A stretch of DNA of 64,000 nucleotides from Auanema rhodensis. Lineage: Eukaryota > Animalia > Nematoda. A model generated the notes under the pieces. The model saw only the letters and a program-made list of their open reading frames with translations, was not told the origin of the DNA and ran no database searches. Made by a program: the position numbers and the translations under genes. The DNA is taken from contig CAXKVF010000088.1 of the NCBI GenBank assembly GCA_964057225.1, positions 149,864 through 213,863 of the forward strand, written 5' to 3'. Positions 39,304 to 54,300 of the stretch are shown here, piece after piece (the stretch's first letter is position 1; each line of letters opens with the position of its first letter).

Positions 39304-42300
39304 ACGTGTACATTTAATTAGCATAAATTAAAGTTCACGTAAATTTCAAAGTCATGGTTACCATGAACCAATATCAATAAAAATTTGTTTTTAGACTAAT
39401 ATGGACATGGGGAATCTAATTTTGAAAACCGCATCTCTTTATCTTTCACGTGAAGCGAGTTACATACCAAGTGCACATCACGTGTACATTTAATTAGCAT
39501 AAATTAAAGTTCACGTAAAATTCAAAGTCATGGTTACCATGCACCAATATCAATAAAAATTTGTTTTTAGACTAATATGGACATTGGGAATCTAATTTTG
39601 AAAACCGCATCTCTTTATCTTTTACGTGAAGCGAGTTACATACCAAGTGCACATCACGTGTACATTTAATTAGCATAAATTAAAGTTCACGTAAATTTCA
39701 AAGTCATGGTTACCATGCACCAATATCATTAAAAATTTGTTTTTAGACTAATATGGACATGGGGAATCTAATTTTGAAAACCGCATCTCTTTATCTTTCA
39801 CGTGAAGCGAGTTACATACCAAGTGCACATCACGTGTACATTTAATTAGCATAAATTAAAGTTCACGTAAATTTCAAAGTCATGGTTACCATGAACCAAT
39901 ATCAATAAAAATTTGTTTTTAGACTAATATGGACATGGGGAATCTAATTTTGAAAACCGCATCTCTTTATCTTTCACGTGAAGCGAGTTACATACCAAGT
40001 GCACATCACGTGTACATTTAATTAGCATAAATTAAAGTTCACGTAAATTTCAAAGTCGTGGTTACCATGCACCAATATCAATAAAAATTCGTTTTTAGAC
40101 TAATATGGACATGGGGAATCTAATTTTGAAAACCGCATCTCTTTATCTTTCACGTGAAGCGAGTTACATACCAAGTGCACATCACGTGTACATTTAATTA
40201 GCATAAATTAAAGTTCACGTAAATTTCAAAGTCATGGTTACCATGAACCAATATCAATTAAAATTTGTTTTTAGACTAATATGGACATGGGGAATCTAAT
40301 TTTGAAAACCGTATCTCTTTATCTTTCACGTGAAGCGAGTTACATACCAAGTGCACATCACGTGTACATTTAATTAGCATAAATTAAAGTTCACGTAAAT
40401 TTCAAAGTCATGGTTACCATGAACCAATATCAATAAAAATTTGTTTTTAGACTAATATGGACATGGGCAATCTAATTTTGAAAACCGCATCTCTTTATCT
40501 TTCACGTGAAGCGAGTTACATACCAAGTGCACATCACGTGTACATTTAATTAGCATAAATTAAAGTTCACGTAAATTTCAAAGTCATGGTTACCATGCAC
40601 CAATATCAATAAAAATTTGTTTTTAGACTAATATGGACATAGGGAATCTAATTTTGAAAACCGCATCTCTTCATCTTTCACGTGAAGCGAGTTACATACC
40701 AAGTGCACATCACGTCTAAATTTAATTAGCATAAATTAAAGTTCACGAAAATTTCAAAGTCATGGTTACCATGAACCAATATCAATAAAAATTTGTTTTT
40801 AGACTAATATGGACATGGGCAATCTAATTTTGAAAACCGCATCTCTTTATCTTTCACGTGAAGCGAGTTACATACCAAGTGCACATCACGTGTACATTTA
40901 ATTAGCATAAATTAAAGTTCACGTAAATTTCAAAGTCATGGTTACCATGCACCAATATCAATAAAAATTTGTTTTTAGACTAATATGGACATGGGGAATC
41001 TAATTTTGAAAACCGCATCTCTTCATCTTTCACGTGAAGCGAGTTACATACCAAGTGCACATCACGTGTACATTTAATTAGCATAAATTAAAGTTCACGT
41101 AAATTTCAAAGTCATGGTTACCATGAACCAATATCAATAAAAATTTGTTTTTAGACTAATATGGACATGGGGAATCTCATTTTAAAAACCGCATCTCTTT
41201 ATCTTTCACGTGAAGCGAGTTACATACCAAGTGCACATCACGTGTACATTTAATTAGCATAAATTAAAGTTCACGTAAATTTCAAAGTCATGGTTACCAT
41301 GCACCAATATCAATAAAAATTTGTTTTTAGACTAATATGGACATGGGGAATCTAATTTTGAAAACCGCATCTCTTTATCTTTCACGTGAAGCGAGTTACA
41401 TACCAAGTGCACCTCACGTGTACATTTAATTAGCATAAATCAAAGTTCACGTAAATTTCAAAGTCATGGTTACCATGCACCAATATCAATAAAAATTTGT
41501 TTTTAGACTAATATGGACATGGGGAATCTAATTTTGAAAACCGCATCTCTTTATCTTTCACGTGAAGCGAGTTACATACCAAGTGCACATCACGTGTACA
41601 TTTAATTAGCATAAATTAAAGTTCACGTAAATTTCAAAGTCATGGTTACCATGCACCAATATCAATAAAAATTTGTTTTTAGACTAATATGGACATGGGG
41701 AATCTAATTTTGAAAACCGCATCTCTTCATCTTTCACGTGAAGCGAGTTACATACCAAGTGCACATCAAGTGTACATTTAATTAGCATAAATTAAAGTTC
41801 ACGTAAATTTCAAAGTCATGGTTACCATGCACCAATATCAATAAAAATTTGTTTTTAGACTAATATGGACATGGGGAATCTAATTTTGAAAACCGCATCT
41901 CTTTATCTTTCACGTGAAGCGAGTTACATACCAAGTGCACATCACGTGTACATTTAATTAGCATAAATTAAAGTTCACGTAAATTTCAAAGTCATGGTTA
42001 CCATGAACCAATATCAATAAAAATTTGTTTTTAGACTAATATGGAAATGGGGAATCTAATTTTGAAAACCGCATCTCTTTATCTTTCACGTGAAGCGAGT
42101 TACATACCAAGTGCACATCACGTGTACATTTAATTAGCATAAATTTAAGTTCACGTAAATTTCAAAGTCATGGTTACCATGAACCAATATCAATAAAAAT
42201 TTGTTTTTAGACTAATATGGACATGGGGAATCTAATTTTGAAAACCGCATCTCTTTATCTTTCACGTGAAGCGAGTTACATACCAAGTGCACATCACGTG

Positions 42301-45300
42301 TACATTTAATTAGCATAAATTAAAGTTCACGTAAATTTCAAAGTCATGGTTACCATGCACCAATATCAATAAAAATTTGTTTTTAGACTAATATGGACAT
42401 GGGGAATCTAATTTTGAAAACCGCATCTCTTTATCTTTCACGTGAAGCGAGTTACATACCAAGTGCACATCAAGTGTACATTTAATTAGCATAAATTAAA
42501 GTTCACGTAAATTTCAAAGTCATGGTTACCATGCACCAATATCAATAAAAATTTGTTTTTAGACTAATATGGACATGGGGAATCTAATTTTGAAAACCGC
42601 ATCTCTTTATCTTTCACGTGAAGCGAGTTACATACCAAGTGCACATCACGTGTACATTTAATTAGCATAAATTAAAGTTCACGTAAATTTCAAAGTCATG
42701 GTTACCATGAACCAATATCAATAAAAATTTGTTTTTAGACTAATATGGACATGGGGAATCTAATTTTGAAAACCGCATCTCTTCATCTTTCACGTGAAGC
42801 GAGTTACATACCAAGTGCACATCACGTGTACATTTAATTAACATAAATTAAAGTTCACGTAAATTTCAAAGTCATGGTTACCATGCACCAATATCAATAA
42901 AAATTTGTTTTTAGACTAATATGGACATGGGGAATCTCATTTTAAAAACCGCATCTCTTTATCTTTCACGTGAAGCGAGTTACATACCAAGTGCACATCA
43001 CGTGTACATTTAATTAGCATAAATTAAAGTTCACGTAAATTTCAAAGTCATGGTTACCATGCACCAATATCAATAAAAATTTGTTTTTAGACTAATATGG
43101 ACATGGGGAATCTAATGTTGAAAACCGCATCTCTTCATCTTTCACGTGAAGCGAGTTACATACCAAGTGCACATCACGTGTACATTTAATTAGCATAAAT
43201 TAAAGTTCACGTAAATTTCAAAGTCATGGTTACCATGAAGCAATATCAATAAAAATTTGTTTTTAGACTAATATGGAAATGGGGAATCTAATTTTGAAAA
43301 CCGCATCTCTTTATCTTTCACGTGAAGCGAGTTACATACCAAGTGCACATCACGTGTACATTTAATTAGCATAAATTAAAGTTCACGTAAATTTCAAAGT
43401 CATGGTTACCATGAACCAATATCAATAAAAATTTGTTTTTAGACTAATATGGACATGGGGAATCTCATTTTAAAAACCGCATCTCTTTATCTTTCACGTG
43501 AAGCGAGTTACATACCAAGTGCACATCACGTGTACATTTAATTAGCATAAATTAAAGTTCACGTAAATTTCAAAGTCATGGTTACCATGCACCAATATCA
43601 ATAAAAATTTGTTTTTAGACTAATATGGACATGGGGAATCTAATTTTGAAAACCGCATCTCTTTATCTTTCACGTGAAGCGAGTTACATACCAAGTGCAC
43701 CTCACGTGTACATTTAATTAGCATAAATCAAAGTTCACGTAAATTTCAAAGTCATGGTTACCATGCACCAATATCAATAAAAATTTGTTTTTAGACTAAT
43801 ATGGACATGGGGAATCTAATTTTGAAAACCGCATCTCTTTATCTTTCACGTGAAGCGAGTTACATACCAAGTGCACATCACGTGTACATTTAATTAGCAT
43901 AAATTAAAGTTCACGTAAATTTCAAAGTCATGGTTACCATGAACCAATATCAATAAAAATTTGTTTTTAGACAAATATGGACATGGGGAATCTAATTTTG
44001 AAAACCGCATCTCTTTATCTTTCACGTGAAGCGAGTTACATACCAAGTGCACATCACGTGTACATTTAATTAGCATAAATTAAAGTTCACGTAAATTTCA
44101 AAGTCATGGTTACCATGCACCAATATCAATAAAAATTTGTTTTTAGACTAATATGGACATGGGGAATCTAATTTTGAAAACCGCATCTCTTTATCTTTCA
44201 CGTGAAGCGAGTTACATACCAAGTGCACATCACGTGTACATTTAATTAGCATAAATTAAAGTTCACGTAAATTTCAAAGTCATGGTTACCATGCACCAAT
44301 ATCAATAAAAATTTGTTTTTAGACTAATATGGACATGGGGAATCTAATTTTGAAAACCGCATCTCTTCATCTTTCACGTGAAGCGAGTTACATACCAAGT
44401 GCACATCAAGTGTACATTTAATTAGCATAAATTAAAGTTCACGTAAATTTCAAAGTCATGGTTACCATGCACCAATATCAATAAAAATTTGTTTTTAGAC
44501 TAATATGGACATGGGGAATCTAATTTTGAAAACCGCATCTCTTTATCTTTCACGTGAAGCGAGTTACATACCAAGTGCACATCACGTGTACATTTAATTA
44601 GCATAAATTAAAGTTCACGTAAATTTCAAAGTCATGGTTACCATGAAGCAATATCAATAAAAATTTGTTTTTAGACTAATATGGAAATGGGGAATCTAAT
44701 TTTGAAAACCGCATCTCTTTATCTTTCACGTGAAGCGAGTTACATACCAAGTGCACATCACGTGTACATTTAATTAGCATAAATTTAAGTTCACGTAAAT
44801 TTCAAAGTCATGGTTACCATGAACCAATATCAATAAAAATTTGTTTTTAGACTAATATGGACATGGGGAATCTAATTTTGAAAACCGCATCTCTTTATCT
44901 TTCACGTGAAGCGAGTTACATACCAAGTGCACATCACGTGTACATTTAATTAGCATAAATTAAAGTTCACGTAAATTTCAAAGTCATGGTTACCATGCAC
45001 CAATATCAATAAAAATTTGTTTTTAGACTAATATGGACATGGGGAATCTAATTTTGAAAACCGCATCTCTTTATCTTTCACGTGAAGCGAGTTACATACC
45101 AAGTGCACATCAAGTGTACATTTAATTAGCATAAATTAAAGTTCACGTAAATTTCAAAGTCATGGTTACCATGCACCAATATCAATAAAAATTTGTTTTT
45201 AGACTAATATGGACATGGGGAATCTAATTTTGAAAACCGCATCTCTTTATCTTTCACGTGAAGCGAGTTACATACCAAGTGCACATCACGTGTACATTTA

Positions 45301-48300
45301 ATTAGCATAAATTAAAGTTCACGTAAATTTCAAAGTCATGGTTACCATGAACCAATATCAATAAAAATTTGTTTTTAGACTAATATGGACATGGGGAATC
45401 TAATTTTGAAAACCGCATCTCTTCATCTTTCACGTGAAGCGAGTTACATACCAAGTGCACATCACGTGTACATTTAATTAACATAAATTAAAGTTCACGT
45501 AAATTTCAAAGTCATGGTTACCATGCACCAATATCAATAAACATTTGTTTTTAGACTAATAAGGACATGGGGAATCTAATTTTGAAAACCGCATCTCTTT
45601 ATCTTTCACGTGAAGCGAGTTACATACCAAGTGCACATCACGTGTACATTTAATTAGCATAAATTAAAGTTCACGTAAATTTCAAAGTCATGGTTACCAT
45701 GCACCAATATCAATAAAAATTTGTTTTTAGACTAATATGGACATGGGGAATCTAATGTTGAAAACCGCATCTCTTCATCTTTCACGTGAAGCGAGTTACA
45801 TACCAAGTGCACATCACGTGTACATTTAATTAGCATAAATTAAAGTTCACGTAAATTTCAAAGTCATGGTTACCATGAAGCAATATCAATAAAAATTTGT
45901 TTTTAGACTAATATGGAAATGGGGAATCTAATTTTGAAAACCGCATCTCTTTATCTTTCACGTGAAGCGAGTTACATACCAAGTGCACATCACGTGTACA
46001 TTTAATTAGCATAAATTAAAGTTCACGTAAATTTTAAAGTCGTGGTTACCATGCACCAATATCAATAAAAATTCGTTTTTAGACTAATATGGACATGGGG
46101 AATCTAATTTTGAAAACCGCATCTCTTTATCTTTCACGTGAAGCGAGTTACATACCAAGTGCACATCACGTGTACATTTAATTAGCATAAATTAAAGTTC
46201 ACGTAAATTTCAAAGTCATGGTTACCATGCACCAATATCAATAAAAATTTGTTTTTAGACTAATATGGACATGGGGAATCTAATTTTGAAAACCGCATCT
46301 CTTTATCTTTCACGTGAAGCGAGTTACATACCAAGTGCACATCACGTGTACATTTAATTAGCATAAATTAAAGTTCACGTAAATTTCAAAGTCGTGGTTA
46401 CCATGCACCAATATCAATAAAAATTCGTTTTTAGACTAATATGGACATGGGGAATCTAATTTTGAAAACCGCATCTCTTCATCTTTCACGTGAAGCGAGT
46501 TACATACCAAGTGCACATCACGTGTACATTTAATTAGCATAAATTAAAGTTCACGTAAATTTCAAAGTCATGGTTACCATGAAGCAATATCAATAAAAAT
46601 TTGTTTTTAGACTAATATGGAAATGGGGAATCTAATTTTGAAAACCGCATCTCTTTATCTTTCACGTGAAGCGAGTTACATACCAAGTGCACATCACGTG
46701 TACATTTAATTAGCATAAATTAAAGTTCACGTAAATTTCAAAGTCATGGTTACCATGAACCAATATCAATTAAAATTTGTTTTTAGACTAATATGGACAT
46801 GGGCAATCTAATTTTGAAAACCGCATCTCTTTATCTTTCACGTGAAGCGAGTTACATACCAAGTGCACATCACGTGTACATTTAATTTGCATAAATTAAA
46901 GTTCACGTAAATTTCAAAGTCACGGTTACCATGCACCAATATCAATAAAAATTTGTTTTTAGACTAATATGGACATGGGGAATCTAATTTTGAAAACCGT
47001 ATCTCTTTATCTTTCACGTGAAGCGAGTTACATACCAAGTGCACATCACGTGTACATTTAATTAGCATAAATTAAAGTTCACGTAAATTTCAAAGTCGTG
47101 GTTACCATGAACCAATATCAATAACAATTTGTTTTTAGACTAATATGGACATGGGCAATCTAATTTTGAAAACCGCATCTCTTTATCTTTCACGTGAAGC
47201 GAGTTACATACCAAGTGCACATCACGTGTACATTTAATTAGCATAAATTAAAGTTCACGTAAATTTCAAAGTCATGGTTACCATGAAGCAATATCAATAA
47301 AAATTTGTTTTTAGACTAATATGGACATGAGGAATCTAATTTTGAAAACCGCATCTCTTTATCTTTCACGTGAAGCGAGTTACATACCGAGTGCACATCA
47401 CGTGTACATTTAATTAGCATAAATTAAAGTTCACGTAAATTTCAAAGTCATGGTTACCATGCACCAATATCAATAAAAATTTGTTTTTAGACTAATATGA
47501 AAATGGGGAATCTAATTTTGAAAACCGCATCTCTTTATCTTTCACGTGAAGCGAGTTACATACCAAGTGCACATCACGTGTACATTTAATTAGCATAAAT
47601 TAAAGTTCACGTAAATTTCAAAGTCGTGGTTACCATGCACCAATATCAATAAAAATTCGTTTTTAGACTAATATGGACATGGGGAATCTAATTTTGAAAA
47701 CCGCATCTCTTTTTCTTTCACGTGAAGCGAGTTACATACCAAGTGCACATCACGTGTACATTTAATTAGCATAAATTAAAGTTCACGTAAATTTCAAAGT
47801 CATGGTTACCATGCACCAATATCAATAAAAATTTGTTTTTAGACTAATATGGACATGGGGAATCTAATTTTGAAAACCGCATCTCTTTATCTTTCACGTG
47901 AAGCGAGTTACATACCAAGTGCACATCACGTGTACATTTAATTAGCATAAATTAAAGTTCACGTAAATTTCAAAGTCATGGTTACCATGAACCAATATCA
48001 ATTAAAATTTGTTTTTAGACTAATATGGACATGGACAATCTAATTTTGAAAACCGCATCTCTGTATCTTTCACGTGAAGCGAGTTACATACCAAGTGCAC
48101 ATCACGTGTACATTTAATTAGCATAAATTAAAGTTCACGTAAATTTCAAAGTCACGGTTACCATGCACCAATATCAATAAAAATTTGTTTTTAGACTAAT
48201 ATGGACATGGGGAATCTAATTTTGAAAACCGTATCTCTTTATCTTTCACGTGAAGCGAGTTACATACCAAGTGCACATCACGTGTACATTTAATTAGCAT

Positions 48301-51300
48301 AAATTAAAGTTCACGTAAATTTCAAAGTCATGGTTACCATGAACCAATATCAATAACAATTTGTTTTTAGACTAATATGGACATGGGCAATCTAATTTTG
48401 AAAACCGCATCTCTTTATCTTTCACGTGAAGCGAGTTACATACCAAGTGCACATCACGTGTACATTTAATTAGCATAAATTAAAGTTCACGTAAATTTCA
48501 AAGTCATGGTTACCATGCACCAATATCAATAAAAATTTGTTTTTAGACTAATATGAAAATGGGGAATCTAATTTTGAAAACCGCATCTCTTTATCTTTCA
48601 CGTGAAGCGAGTTACATACCAAGTGCACATCACGTGTACATTTAATTAGCATAAATTAAAGTTCACGTAAATTTCAAAGTCATGGTTACCATGCACCAAT
48701 ATCAATAAAAATTTGTTTTTAGACTAATATGAAAATGGGGAATCTAATTTTGAAAACCGCATCTCTTTATCTTTCACGTGAAGCGAGTTACATACCAAGT
48801 GCACATCACGTGTACATTTAATTAGCATAAATTAAAGTTCACGTAAATTTCAAAGTCGTGGTTACCATGCACCAATATCAATAAAAATTCGTTTTTAGAC
48901 TAATATGGACATGGGGAATCTAATTTTGAAAACCGCATCTCTTTATCTTTCACGTGAAGCGAGTTACATACCAAGTGCACATCACGTGTACATTTAATTA
49001 GCATAAATTAAAGTTCACGTAAATTTCAAAGTCATGGTTACCATGCACCAATATCAATAAAAATTTGTTTTTAGACTAATATGGACATGGGGAATCTAAT
49101 TTTGAAAACCGCATCTCTTTATCTTTCACGTGAAGCGAGTTACATACCAAGTGCACATCACGTGTACATTTAATTAGCATAAATTAAAGTTCACGTAAAT
49201 TTCAAAGTCATGGTTACCATGAACCAATATCAATTAAAATTTGTTTTTAGACTAATATGGACATGGGCAATCTAATTTTGAAAACCGCATCTCTTTATCT
49301 TTCACGTGAAGCGAGTTACATACCAAGTGCACATCACGTGTACATTTAATTAGCATAAATTAAAGTTCACGTAAATTTCAAAGTCACGGTTACCATGCAC
49401 CAATATCAATAAAAATTTGTTTTTAGACTAATATGGACATGGAGAATCTAATTTTGAAAACCGTATCTCTTTATCTTTCACGTGAAGCGAGTTACATACC
49501 AAGTGCACATCACGTGTACATTTAATTAGCATAAATTAAAGTTCACGTAAATTTCAAAGTCATGGTTACCATGAACCAATATCAATAACAATTTGTTTTT
49601 AGACTAATATGGACATGGGCAATCTAATTTTGAAAACCGCATCTCTTTATCTTTCACGTGAAGCGAGTTACATACCAAGTGCACATCACGTGTACATTTA
49701 ATTAGCATAAATTAAAGTTCACGTAAATTTCAAAGTCATGGTTACCATGCACCAATATCAATAAAAATTTGTTTTTAGACTAATATGGACATGAGGAATC
49801 TAATTTTGAAAACCGCATCTTTTTATCTTTCACGTGAAGCGAGTTACATACCGAGTGCACATCACGTGTACATTTAATTAGCATAAATTAAAGTTCACGT
49901 AAATTTCAAAGTCATGGTTACCATGCACCAATATCAATAAAAATTTGTTTTTAGACTAATATGGACATGGGGAATCTAATTTTGAAAACCGCATCTCTTC
50001 ATCTTTCACGTGAAGCGAGTTACATACCAAGTGCACATCACGTCTAAATTTAATTAGCATAAATTAAAGTTCACGAAAATTTCAAAGTCATGGTTACCAT
50101 GAACCAATATCAATAAAAATTTGTTTTTAGACTAATATGGACATGGGCAATCTAATTTTGAAAACCGCATCTCTTCATCTTTCACGTGAAGCGAGTTACA
50201 TACCAAGTGCACATCACGTGTACATTTAATTAGCATAAATTAAAGTTCACGTAAATTTCAAAGTCATGGTTACCATGCACCAATATCAATAAAAATTTGT
50301 TTTTAGACTAATATGGACATGGGGAATCTAATTTTGAAAACCGCATCTCTTCATCTTTCACGTGAAGCGAGTTACATACCAAGTGCACATCACGTGTACA
50401 TTTAATTAGCATAAATTAAAGTTCACGTAAATTTCAAAGTCATGGTTACCATGAACCAATATCAATAAAAATTTGTTTTTAGACTAATATGGACATGGGG
50501 AATCTAATGTTGAAAACCGCATCTCTTTATCTTTCACGTGAAGCGAGTTACATACCAAGTGCACATCACGTTTACAATTAATTAGCATAAATTAAAGTTC
50601 ACGTAAATTTCAAAGTCATGGTTACCATGAACCAATATCAATAAAAATTTGTTTTTAGACTAATATGGACATGGGGAATCTAATGTTGAAAACCGTATCT
50701 CTTTATCTTTCACGTGAAGCGAGTTACATACCAAGTGCACATCACGTGTACATTTAATTAGCATAAATTAAAGTTCACGTAAATTTCAAAGTCATGGTTA
50801 CCATGAACCAATATCAATAAAAATTTGTTTTTAGACTAATATGGACATGGGGAATCAAATTTTGAAAACCGCATCTCTTTATCTTTCACGTGAAGCGAGT
50901 TACATACCAAGTGCACATCACGTGTACATTTAATCAGCATAAATTAAAGTTCACGTAAATTTCAAAGTCATGGTTACCATGAACCAATATCAATACAAAT
51001 TTGTTTTTAGACTAATATGGACATGGGGAATCTAATTTTGAAAACCGCATCTCTTCATCTTTCACGTGAAGCGAGTTACATACCAAGTGCACATCACGTC
51101 TAAATTTAATTAGCATAAATTAAAGTTCACGAAAATTTCAAAGTCATGGTTACCATGAACCAATATCAATAAAAATTTGTTTTTAGACTAATATGGACAT
51201 GGGCAATCTAATTTTGAAAACCGCATCTCTTCATCTTTCACGTGAAGCGAGTTACATACCAAGTGCACATCACGTGTACATTTAATTAGCATAAATTAAA

Positions 51301-54300
51301 GTTCACGTAAATTTCAAAGTCATGGTTACCATGCACCAATATCAATAAAAATTTGTTTTTAGACTAATATGGACATGGGGAATCTAATTTTGAAAACCGC
51401 ATCTCTTCATCTTTCACGTGAAGCGAGTTACATACCAAGTGCACATCACGTGTACATTTAATTAGCATAAATTAAAGTTCACGTAAATTTCAAAGTCATG
51501 GTTACCATGCACCAATATCAATAAAAATTTGTTTTTAGACTAATATGGACATGGGGAATCAAATTTTGAAAACCGCATCTCTTTATCTTTCACGTGAAGC
51601 GAGTTACATACCAAGTGCACATCACGTGTACATTTAATCAGCATAAATTAAAGTTCACGTAAATTTCAAAGTCATGGTTACCATGAACCAATATCAATAC
51701 AAATTTGTTTTTAGACTAATATGGACATGGGGAATCTAATTTTGAAAACCGCATCTCTTTATCTTTCACGTGAAGCGAGTTACATACCAAGTGCACATCA
51801 CGTGTACATTTAATTAGCATAAATTAAAGTTCACGTAAATTTCAAAGTCATGGTTACCATGAACCAATATCAATAAAAATTTGTTTTTAGACTAATATGG
51901 ACATGGGGAATCAAATTTTGAAAACCGCATCTCTTTATCTTTCACGTGAAGCGAGTTACATACCAAGTGCACATCACGTGTACATTTAATCAGCATAAAT
52001 TAAAGTTCACGTAAATTTCAAAGTCATGGTTACCATGAACCAATATCAATACAAATTTGTTTTTAGACTAATATGGACATGGGGAATCTAATTTTAAAAA
52101 CCGCATCACTTTATCTTTCACGTGAAGCGAGTTACATACCAAGTGCACATCACGTGTACATTTAATTAGCATAAATTAAAGTTCACGTAAATTTCAAAGT
52201 CATGGTTACCATGCACCAATATCAATAAAAATTCGTTTTTAGACTAATATGGACATGGGGAATCTAATGTTGAAAACCGCATCTCTTTATCTTTCACGTG
52301 AAGCGAGTTACATACCAAGTGCACATCACGTGTACATTTAATTAGCATAAATTAAAGTTCACGTAAATTTCAAAGTCATGGTTACCATGCACCAATATCA
52401 ATAAAAATTTGTTTTTAGACTAATATGGACATGGGGAATCTAATGTTGAAAACCGCATCTCTTTATCTTTCACGTGAAGCGAGTTACATACCAAGTGCAC
52501 ATCACGTGTACATTTAATTAGCATAAATTAAAGTTCACGTAAATTTCAAAGTCATGGTTACCATGAACCAATATCAATAAAAATTTGTTTTTAGACTAAT
52601 ATGGACATGGGGAATCTAATTTTGAAAACCGCATCTCTTTATCTTTCACGTGAAGCGAGTTACATACCAAGTGCACATCACGTGTATATTTAATTAGCAT
52701 AAATTAAAGTTCACGTAAATTTCAAAGTCATGGTTACCATGCACCAATATCAATAAAAATTTGTTTTTAGACTAATATGGACATGGGGAATCTAATGTTG
52801 AAAACCGCATCTCTTTATCTTTCACGTGAAGCGAGTTACATACCAAGTGCACATCACGTGTACATTTAATTAGCATAAATTAAAGTTCACGTAAATTTCA
52901 AAGTCATGGTTACCATGAACCAATATCAATACAAATTTGTTTTTAGACTAATATGGACATGGGGAATCTAATTTTGAAAACCGCATCACTTTATCTTTCA
53001 CGTGAAGCGAGTTACATACCAAGTGCACATCACGTGTACATTTATTTAGCATAAATTAAAGTTCACGTAAATTTCAAAGTCATGGTTACCATGCACCAAT
53101 ATTAATAAAAATTTGTTTTTAGACTAATATGGACATGGGGAATCTAATGTTGAAAACCACATCTCTTTATCTTTCACGTGAAGCGAGTTACATACCAAGT
53201 GCACATCACGTGTACATTTAATTAGCATAAATTAAAGTTCACGTAAATTTCAAAGTCATGGTTACCATGCACCAATATCAATAAAAATTTGTTTTTACAC
53301 TAATGTGGACATGGGGAATCTAATGTTGAAAACCGCATCTCTTTATCTTTCACGTGAAGCGAGTTACATACCAAGTGCACATCACGTGTACATTTAATTA
53401 GCATAAATTAAAGTTCACGTAAATTTCAAAGTCATGGTTACCATGAACCAATATCAATAAAAATTTGATTTAGACTAATATGGACATGGGGAATCTAATT
53501 TTGAAAACCGCATCTCTTTATCTTTCACGTGAAGCGAGTTACATACCAAGTGCACATCACGTGTACATTTAATTAGCATAAATTAAAGTTCACGTAAATT
53601 TCAAAGTCATGGTTACCATGAACTAATATCAATAAAAATTTGTTTTTAGACTAATATGGACATGGGGAATCTAATTTTGAAAACCGCATCTCTTTATCTT
53701 TCACGTGAAGCGAGTTACATACCAAGTGCACATCACGTGTACATTTAATTAGCATAAATTAAAGTTCACGTAAATTTCAAAGTCATGGTTACCATGAACC
53801 AATATCAATAAAAATTTGTTTTTAGACTAATATGGACATGGGGAATCTAATTTTGAAAACCGCATCTCTTTATCTTTCACGTGAAGCGAGTTACATACCA
53901 AGTGCACATCACGTGTACATTTAATTAGCATAAATTAAAGTTCACGTAAAATTCAAAGTCATGGTTACCATGCACCAATATCAATAAAAATTTGTTTTTA
54001 GACTAATATGGACATGGGGAATCTAATTTTGAAAACCGCATCTCTTTATCTTTCACGTGAAGCGAGTTACATACCAAGTGCACATCACGTGTACATTTAA
54101 TTAGCATAAATTAAAGTTCACGTAAATTTCAAAGTCATGGTTACCATGCACCAATATCAATAAAAATTTGTTTTTAGACTAATATGGACATGGGGAATCT
54201 AATTTTGAAAACCGCATCTCTTTATCTTTCACGTGAAGCGAGTTACATACCAAGTGCACATCACGTGTACATTTAATTAGCATAAATTAAAGTTCACGTA

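Noticed and set aside
43894-44076. 60-aa ORF in the satellite
   Set aside because: Produced by one substitution removing a stop in a single monomer
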